DNA of 64,000 nt, from positions 2,693 to 66,692 of the forward strand of contig JACRJY010000100.1 in NCBI GenBank assembly GCA_016235585.1. The letters are read 5' to 3'. The position numbers and the translations under genes were made by a program. Shown one piece after another: positions 57,972-64,000 of this stretch. The notes below the pieces were generated by a model, which was not told where the DNA came from, did no database searches, and worked only from the letters and a program-made list of their open reading frames with translations. The number at the start of each line of letters is the position of its first letter. Within the stretch, counting starts at the first letter, position 1. The DNA comes from Verrucomicrobiota bacterium. GTDB taxonomy: Bacteria; Verrucomicrobiota; Verrucomicrobiia; Limisphaerales; JACRJY01.

Positions 57972-58104
57972 ACAGGGCGCGAGTTGCTGATGGTTTTAAT
58001 GTGCCGGTTCAAGTCGGCCATTTCACCGTGAAACCGCCGACTTCGTCCGTCTCGTCATTTAGACGGACGTTTGGTTAAAACCCTCCCGAAAAGAAAAGTT
58101 GCGC

Positions 58105-58752
58105 TCAACCCAGGCACGCCCGCACGGCGGCGGCGTGGGTAGCGGCCAGTTCGTCGGGCCGGGTGAGGCAGATGTCCAGGTCGCGCAGCCGCCCGTCGCG
58201 CAGCCCGTAAATCCAGCCGTGGACGGCCGGTTCCTGCCCGCGCAGCCAGGCGTCCTGCAACACGGTGGTCTGGCAGACGTTGACGACCTGCTCGATGACG
58301 TTGAGTTCGCAGAGGCGATCGGCGAGCTGGGCCTCGTCCGTGACGCGGCCCAGCTCGAAGGCGTGCTTGTGCCGCACGTCCTGCACGTGGCGCAGCCAGT
58401 TGTCAATGAGGCCGAGCCGCTGGTTGCGCAGCGCCGCGAGCACGCCGCCGCAGCCGTAATGCCCGCACACGACGATGTGCCGCACGCGCAGCACGTCCAC
58501 GGCGTATTGAATCACCGAGAGGCAGTTCAGGTCGGCGTGGACGACGACGTTGGCGACGTTGCGGTGGACGAACACCTCGCCCGGCAGGAGGCCGACGACC
58601 TGGTTCGCCGGCACGCGGCTGTCCGAGCAGCCAATCCAGAGATACTCCGGGTTCTGCTGGTGGGAGAGCTTCTCAAAAAAATCCGGCTGCTGCGCGCGGA
58701 TCGACTCGGCCCACGCGCGGTTGTTGTCGAAGAGGTTTTTTAGGAGGCGCAT
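58105..58752 (-). CDS. can: Beta carbonic anhydrase
   Basis: 'WIGCSDSRVP', 'FVHRNVAN', 'CGHYGCGG'. Confidence 0.95.
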   Translation of the reverse strand: MRLLKNLFDNNRAWAESIRAQQPDFFEKLSHQQNPEYLWIGCSDSRVPANQVVGLLPGEVFVHRNVANVVVHADLNCLSVIQYAVDVLRVRHIVVCGHYGCGGVLAALRNQRLGLIDNWLRHVQDVRHKHAFELGRVTDEAQLADRLCELNVIEQVVNVCQTTVLQDAWLRGQEPAVHGWIYGLRDGRLRDLDICLTRPDELAATHAAAVRACLG

Positions 58753-58757
58753 GGGAA

Positions 58758-58847
58758 CAGAATTCAGAATCCAGAATCCAGAATTTAGAATCCAGAATGT
58801 GCAGCCGCCAGACTCATTCCGGCTCCTGAATTCTGGATTCTGGATTC
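58758..58847. repeat. Inverted pair of CAGAATY heptamer arrays between dapA and can
   Basis: About six CAGAAT(C/T) units at 58758-58798, then CATTCCGGCTCCTGAATTCTGGATTCTGGATTC. Confidence 0.88.
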
Positions 58848-58849
58848 GC

Positions 58850-59734
58850 TCATTTCAGCACCCCGCAGGCCTTCATCGTGGCCTTGAGCGTCTCGCGGTT
58901 TTTCGCGTTCGGCGGCACGAGCGGCAGGCGGTATTCCTCCTCAATCATCCCCAGCATCGCCATCGCGGCCTTCACCGGGACGGGATTGGTCTCGATGAAC
59001 AAGTCCTTGAACAGCGGGTAAAACTTGTGGTGCAGCTTGCGCGCGATGTCCGCCTTGCCCAGCGCAAAGGCGCGCACCAGATGGCTCACCTCGCGCGGAA
59101 TCACGTTCGACGCCACACTGATCACGCCGTCCGCGCCCACGGACATGAACGGCACCGTGAGCGAGTCGTCGCCGCTCATGATGGTGAACTTCGGCCCCAG
59201 CGCGGCGCGAAGCTGGCTCACGCGGTCGCACGAGCCGCCGGCCTCCTTGATGCCGATCACGTTCGGACTGTCGTGCATCAGGCGGTCCACCGTGTCCACG
59301 CCGATCTCGATGCCGCATCGGCCCGGAATGCTGTAGAGCATGATGGGCAGCTTGGTCGCGCGCGCGACGGCGTGGAAATGCTGGAACAGCCCTTCCTGCG
59401 TCGGTTTGTTGTAGTAGGGAGCGACCTGCAGCGAGCCGTCCGCGCCGGCTTCCTCCGCCGCCTTTGTGAGATAAATCGCCTCGCTCGTGGAATTGCCGCC
59501 CGTGCCGGCGAGCACCTTGATTTTGCCGTGCGCGAACTTCACCGCCAGCTCGATGACGCGGATGTGCTCCTCGTAATCCAGCGTGGGCGACTCGCCGGTG
59601 GTGCCGACGGGCACGATGCCGTCCACGCCGCCCTTGATCTGCGCCTTGATGAGGCGGTCGAGGGCGTCCTCGTCGAGCACGCCCTTGCGGAACGGCGTGA
59701 CAATGGCGGTGTAGGTTCCAGAGAACGGATTCAT
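58850..59734 (-). CDS. dapA: 4-hydroxy-tetrahydrodipicolinate synthase
   Basis: 'AIVTPF', 'GTTGES', 'PYYNKP', 'GIKEA', 'SGDD', 'ETNPVPVK'. Confidence 0.96.
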   Translation of the reverse strand: MNPFSGTYTAIVTPFRKGVLDEDALDRLIKAQIKGGVDGIVPVGTTGESPTLDYEEHIRVIELAVKFAHGKIKVLAGTGGNSTSEAIYLTKAAEEAGADGSLQVAPYYNKPTQEGLFQHFHAVARATKLPIMLYSIPGRCGIEIGVDTVDRLMHDSPNVIGIKEAGGSCDRVSQLRAALGPKFTIMSGDDSLTVPFMSVGADGVISVASNVIPREVSHLVRAFALGKADIARKLHHKFYPLFKDLFIETNPVPVKAAMAMLGMIEEEYRLPLVPPNAKNRETLKATMKACGVLK

Positions 59735-59853
59735 CTTCGTGTCAAATTGCGGCGGGTAAATTCCGCCAAAGCCGGACGCTTGGCGAGCCTCTTTTTGCGG
59801 CGTGCAAGTTGGGGCTTTGCAGCCGCGCCGGCTTTGCCCATAGTCGCGCCCGC

Positions 59854-60735
59854 ATGAAATCCATGACGGGCTACGGGCGCGGCGAATGCGCCCGCGACGG
59901 CTCCAAAATCACGGTTGAAGTCAGCTCGGTGAACCGCAAGCAGAGCGAAATCTCCGTCAACCTCCCGCGCGATCTGGAGCCGCTCGAAGCCCAGATCCGC
60001 GACGAGGTCAACCGCCTCATCTCACGCGGTCGCCTCACCGTCCGTGTCGCGCTCCACGCCGGCAAAGGCAAGGCCGCCAGCCACGCGCAGCTCAACACCG
60101 CGCTCGCCAAGCTTTACGCGAAGGAATTCGCCAAGCTCGCCAAGGAACTCAAGCTCACCAACGGAGCCTCGCTGGATTCCATCCTCCGCGCGCCCGGCGT
60201 GCTCGAAGCCGAGGAAGACCTGGGCGACGCCGAGGATTTCTGGCCCGCCGTGAAGACCGCGCTCGACAAGGCGCTGGCCGCGCTCGTGAAAATGCGCGAA
60301 CGCGAGGGCGCGCATCTTGCCAAGGATTTGCGCGCGCGGATGAAAACCATCAGCGAGGCCGTCGCCCGCGTGCAGGCGCAGTCACCGCTCGTGCAGCAGC
60401 GTTACCGCGAGAATTTGATTGAGCGCGTGAAAAACGCCGGTGTGGAAATTCCCGGCGCGGACGACGAACGGCTGCTCAAGGAAGTCATATTCTTCGCCGA
60501 CCGCTCGGACATCTCCGAGGAGCTCACGCGGCTGCAAAGCCATTTCCAGCAGTTCGACGACTGCATGAAATCCGCCGAGCCGGTCGGGCGCACGCTGGAT
60601 TTCCTCTCGCAGGAGATGAACCGCGAGATCAACACCATCGGCTCCAAGGCCAATGACGCGCTCATCTCGCGCGACGTGGTGACGGTGAAGGCCGAGCTGG
60701 AAAAATTCCGAGAACAGGTGCAGAACGTGGAGTGA
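59854..60735 (+). CDS. yicC: YicC/YloC family endoribonuclease
   Basis: 'SMTGYGR', 'DISEELTRLQSH', 'GRTLDFLSQEMNREINTIGSK', 'REQVQNVE'. Confidence 0.94.
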   Translation: MKSMTGYGRGECARDGSKITVEVSSVNRKQSEISVNLPRDLEPLEAQIRDEVNRLISRGRLTVRVALHAGKGKAASHAQLNTALAKLYAKEFAKLAKELKLTNGASLDSILRAPGVLEAEEDLGDAEDFWPAVKTALDKALAALVKMREREGAHLAKDLRARMKTISEAVARVQAQSPLVQQRYRENLIERVKNAGVEIPGADDERLLKEVIFFADRSDISEELTRLQSHFQQFDDCMKSAEPVGRTLDFLSQEMNREINTIGSKANDALISRDVVTVKAELEKFREQVQNVE

Positions 60736-60740
60736 TGATG

Positions 60741-60773
60741 AGAATTCAGAATTCAGAATTCAGAATTCAGAAT
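60741..60773. repeat. (AGAATTC)x4.7 heptamer run between yicC and gmk
   Basis: AGAATTCAGAATTCAGAATTCAGAATTCAGAAT; same family as 58758. Confidence 0.9.
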
Positions 60774-60838
60774 GACACTGCGCCGTTGCCTCGCGGATGC
60801 CAGCGGCTCTCATGCGGAAACACGGATTGAGCGTGACG

Positions 60839-61462
60839 ATGAAAGCTTCAAACCCCAGTCCGCTGTTGATTTTGATTTCCGCGCCGTCCGGCGGCGGCAA
60901 GACGACGCTGTGCGAGCAGTTGCTTGCGGCGCATCCCGAAATCACCCGCGCCGTCACCTGCACCACGCGTGCGCCGCGCACCGGCGAGCGCGATGGCGTG
61001 GATTACCACTTCCTCGCGCCGGTGGATTTCCAAAGCCGCGTCGCCGCCGGGGAATTCATCGAGCACGCCAACGTCTATGGGAACCGCTACGGCACGCTGA
61101 AGTCCGAGGTGCTCGAAAAGCTGCGCGCGGGCCGCGACGTGCTGCTGAACATAGACGTGCAGGGCGCGGCGTCCATCCGCGCCCGCGCCGACGAGGACGC
61201 CGAACTGGGCCGCGCGCTCGTCTCGATTTTTCTCACGCCCGCCTCGCTCGCGATTCTGGAGGAACGCTTGAAACGGCGCGGCAAGGATTCGCCGGAGGCG
61301 GTCCAGACGCGCCTCGGCCACGCTCGGCGGGAGATTGCCGAGTGGAAGCATTTTGACTACCTTGTCATCAGCACGAGCGTGGCGGAAGACTTGCGGCGCA
61401 CGCAGTCCGTCCTTGAGGCGGAAAGAATGCGCCAGCGCCGCGCGGTGCCGCCAGAATTATGA
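60839..61462 (+). CDS. gmk: Guanylate kinase
   Basis: 'SAPSGGGKTT', 'TTRAPR.GE.DGVDYHF', 'YGT', 'IDVQGA'. Confidence 0.95.
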   Translation: MKASNPSPLLILISAPSGGGKTTLCEQLLAAHPEITRAVTCTTRAPRTGERDGVDYHFLAPVDFQSRVAAGEFIEHANVYGNRYGTLKSEVLEKLRAGRDVLLNIDVQGAASIRARADEDAELGRALVSIFLTPASLAILEERLKRRGKDSPEAVQTRLGHARREIAEWKHFDYLVISTSVAEDLRRTQSVLEAERMRQRRAVPPEL

Positions 61463-62019
61463 GCGCAGCCAAACCCAACATCGTCCTCGGCGTGACCGGC
61501 TCCATCGCTGCTTACAAGGCGGCGGATTTGACGAGCCAGTTGGCGAAGGCCGGCGCCGCCGTGCGCGTGGTGATGACGGCGGACGCGCAGCGGTTCATCA
61601 CGCCGCTGCCGTTCAAGACGCTCTCGCGCCACGCGGTCATCACCGACTTGTATGACGAGGAAGAGGGCTGGCAGCCCACGCACATCCGGCTCGCCGACGA
61701 GGCGGATCTGCTGCTCGTCGCGCCCGCGACGGCGAACTTCCTCGCAAAGATGGCACACGGCCTCGCGGACGACGCGCTCTCGTGCATCGCGCTGGCGTTG
61801 AATCCCAAGGCAAAAATCCTCATTGCGCCCGCCATGAACGGCAAGATGTGGCTGCACGCGGCCACGCAGGAAAATGTTTCCACGCTGAAAAAGCGCGGCG
61901 TGAAATTCATCGGGCCGGAGGAGGGAATGCTTTCCTGTGGCTACGAGGGTTTGGGCCGCCTGTGGGATGTCAACCAGATCGCCGCGCGCGCGCTGAAGCT
62001 GGCCGGGCGGGCGAAATAG
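61459..62019 (+). CDS. coaC: Stand-alone phosphopantothenoylcysteine decarboxylase
   Basis: 'GVTGSIAAYKA', 'HI.LA', 'APATAN', 'PAMN..MW', 'LSCG.EG.GRL'; ends without a CoaB domain. Confidence 0.9.
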   Translation: MSAAKPNIVLGVTGSIAAYKAADLTSQLAKAGAAVRVVMTADAQRFITPLPFKTLSRHAVITDLYDEEEGWQPTHIRLADEADLLLVAPATANFLAKMAHGLADDALSCIALALNPKAKILIAPAMNGKMWLHAATQENVSTLKKRGVKFIGPEEGMLSCGYEGLGRLWDVNQIAARALKLAGRAK

Positions 62020-62028
62020 CCGCGCGCC

Positions 62029-63405
62029 ATGAACCCGCTGCATTGGCCGCCGCTGCAAAGGTTGGCCGGCGTGTTTGTCGCCCCCGCCGTCCCGCCGGAA
62101 TTGCAGTTGCAGCGGCTGCGGTTCATGGAGCGGAACATCATGCTGCCGATCAAGGTGCTGGTGCTGACCACGCTCGCCTATTATTTCTTTTTCACCAACT
62201 GGCTGGCGGATTATTCCGGCGCGGAGGCCGTCCGCATCCAGATTCTGCGGACGGTCTTTCTAATCTACCTGGCGGTGAACATCGTCGCGGCGGTGGTGTT
62301 CCAGTTTTTGGAGCGGCTGCCGCTCGCGTTTTCGCGCTGGTTCGCGATGGGCGTGAGTTTGGGCGACGGGCTGTTTGTCGCCGCGCTCACGCTGATGACC
62401 GGCGGCTGGGGCAGCGTGGTCTATTGGGTCTTCATCGTCCTCATCGTCCGCAATTCCGTCAGCATTCCGGTGGCTGCGCCGCAGATTGTCCTGAACCTGC
62501 TGGTCACGGGCTTTTACGCGCTGGCCGGGCTGGAATTCCGCGCGAGCGACATCACCGAGCCGTCCTCGCCGGAGCTGGCGCGCGTCGCGGTGGACACGCA
62601 ACTGGTGATGATGCGGGTGTTCCTGCTGCTGCTCGTCACCGCGTGCTGCTACGGCGTGCAGGTGCTGGTGGATCGTCAGCGACAGGCCGAGGAGGAGGCG
62701 CGGGAATCTTCCACGCGGCAGGATCAGTTGCAGGCGTCGGGCCGGCTCGCGGCGGAGATTGCGCACCAGTTGAAAAACCCGCTCGCCATCATCAACAACG
62801 CCGCCTTCAACCTCCAGCGCGCCCTGCTGGAAAAACGCGGCGACCCCGCGCCGCAGATTGAAATCATCCGCGAGGAGGTGAACCGCGCCGACCGCATCAT
62901 CACCGAGCTGATGGGCTATGCGAAGCTTGCCGAGGGCCGTGTCGAGAAGCTCGACGCGGCCGGGGAAATGGATCACGCGCTGGCGCAGGTGCTGCCGGAG
63001 GGCGCGCAGTTTGAAATTCGCGTCACGCGCCGCTACGCCCCCCACCTGCCGCCGCTCTGGATGCAGCGCGGCCATTTGCAGGACATCCTCGTGAACGTGC
63101 TCCAAAACGCCCGCGAGGCGATGGAGGGCCGGGGCGAGCTGGAAGTTCAAATTCAGGCCACCGCCGATCCCTCGGTGCAAATCTCCGTGCGCGACACCGG
63201 GCCGGGCATTCCTCCGGAACTGCACGGGAAAATTTTCGAGCCGTATTTCACCACGCGCAAGAAGGGCACCGGCCTGGGGCTGGCCATCGCGAAGCACAAC
63301 GCCGAGCTTTACGGCGGCACGGTGCGGGTGGAATCGGAGCTTGGCCGCGGGGCGCGGTTTGTCCTAGATTTCCCCGCCAAAGCCAGAAGCACCGCGCGCG
63401 CATGA
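62029..63405 (+). CDS. Membrane sensor histidine kinase
   Basis: Multiple TMs; H-box 'AHQLKNPL', N-box 'NVLQNA', 'DTGPGI', 'FEPYFTT', 'GTGLGL'. Confidence 0.93.
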   Translation: MNPLHWPPLQRLAGVFVAPAVPPELQLQRLRFMERNIMLPIKVLVLTTLAYYFFFTNWLADYSGAEAVRIQILRTVFLIYLAVNIVAAVVFQFLERLPLAFSRWFAMGVSLGDGLFVAALTLMTGGWGSVVYWVFIVLIVRNSVSIPVAAPQIVLNLLVTGFYALAGLEFRASDITEPSSPELARVAVDTQLVMMRVFLLLLVTACCYGVQVLVDRQRQAEEEARESSTRQDQLQASGRLAAEIAHQLKNPLAIINNAAFNLQRALLEKRGDPAPQIEIIREEVNRADRIITELMGYAKLAEGRVEKLDAAGEMDHALAQVLPEGAQFEIRVTRRYAPHLPPLWMQRGHLQDILVNVLQNAREAMEGRGELEVQIQATADPSVQISVRDTGPGIPPELHGKIFEPYFTTRKKGTGLGLAIAKHNAELYGGTVRVESELGRGARFVLDFPAKARSTARA

Positions 63406-64000
63406 ACAGCCTGCCCCCCATCCTGATCGTGGACGACGAGAAGAACATGAGGCTCTCGCTGCACTCGATCATCGCCGACGAGGGCTACGCGGTGAAGGAG
63501 GTCGAGTCCGCCGAGGCGGCGCTCGCGCTGCTGGGCCGCGAGCCGTTCTTCATGGTCATCACCGACGCGCGGCTCCAGGGGATGAGCGGCTATGAATTTC
63601 TCGGCGCGGCCCGCAAGCGCTGGCCCGCGCTGCCCGTGCTGATGATCACCGCCTACGCCACGCCGAAGCTCGCCGTCGAGGCCATCCAGGCGGGCGCGAT
63701 TGATTATCTCGCCAAGCCGTTTGCGCCGGAGGAACTGCTGCACGCCGTCGCCCGCTGCGCCGAGCGGCACCGCCTGCTCGCGGAAAACCAGACCCTGCGC
63801 GCCGGGGCCAGCGCCACCTACCGGCTCGAACAAATCATCGGCGACTCGCCGAAGATGGTCGAACTGCGCCAGATGATTCAAACCGTCGCGCCCACGAACG
63901 CCACGGTGCTCATCCTTGGCGAGAGCGGCACGGGCAAGGAACTGGTCGCCGGCGCACTGCACAACTTGAGCAGCCGGCGTGAGAAGAATTACGTCCGCAT
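63402..64000 (+). CDS. Sigma-54-dependent (NtrC-family) response regulator, truncated by the window end
   Basis: ATG 63402 (ATGA overlap); receiver 'ILIVDDE..ITD..MITAY..YLAKPF'; AAA+ Walker A 'GESGTGKE'. Confidence 0.92.
   Translation, partial: MNSLPPILIVDDEKNMRLSLHSIIADEGYAVKEVESAEAALALLGREPFFMVITDARLQGMSGYEFLGAARKRWPALPVLMITAYATPKLAVEAIQAGAIDYLAKPFAPEELLHAVARCAERHRLLAENQTLRAGASATYRLEQIIGDSPKMVELRQMIQTVAPTNATVLILGESGTGKELVAGALHNLSSRREKNYVR

Noticed and set aside
20743-60773. CRISPR array
   Set aside because: Repeats are short tandem units or hairpins without regular unique spacers; no cas genes.

Overview
High-GC bacterial chromosomal DNA. Gene content (PSCyt/DUF1549-DUF1553 plus DUF1501, a PVC-type heme/dehydrogenase protein, a sulfatase, Tat-exported Gfo/Idh/MocA proteins, DUF3568) suggests the PVC superphylum, probably Verrucomicrobiota (inference). 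Most of the window is housekeeping (ilvB, hisG, purSQ, accD, trmB, prs-rplY-pth-rpsF-ssb-rplI, dapA/dapB/folK, yicC-gmk-coaC, tRNA-Leu, a two-component pair) mixed with secreted carbohydrate and redox enzymes. I saw no transposase, integrase, prophage or CRISPR array. Notable points not shown by the ORF track: (1) a Val/Leu leader-peptide attenuator upstream of ilvB; (2) two small missed genes (bS22/AURKAIP1-like and CPXCG); (3) many REP-like palindromes and 7-bp-period repeats, several inside proteins, including a 156-bp in-frame insert in a GH63 and a heptamer run occupying a DapB helix with no apparent length change; (4) isolated low-GC orphan genes with integron-cassette-like ends; (5) an O-antigen-ligase/FecR-like/CHASE2 adenylate cyclase module, plus a tandem-GNAT-cNMP protein; (6) two disrupted c-type heme genes; (7) split coaB/coaC and an rpsF operon without rpsR. 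All family calls come from motifs recognised by eye; no database searches were run.
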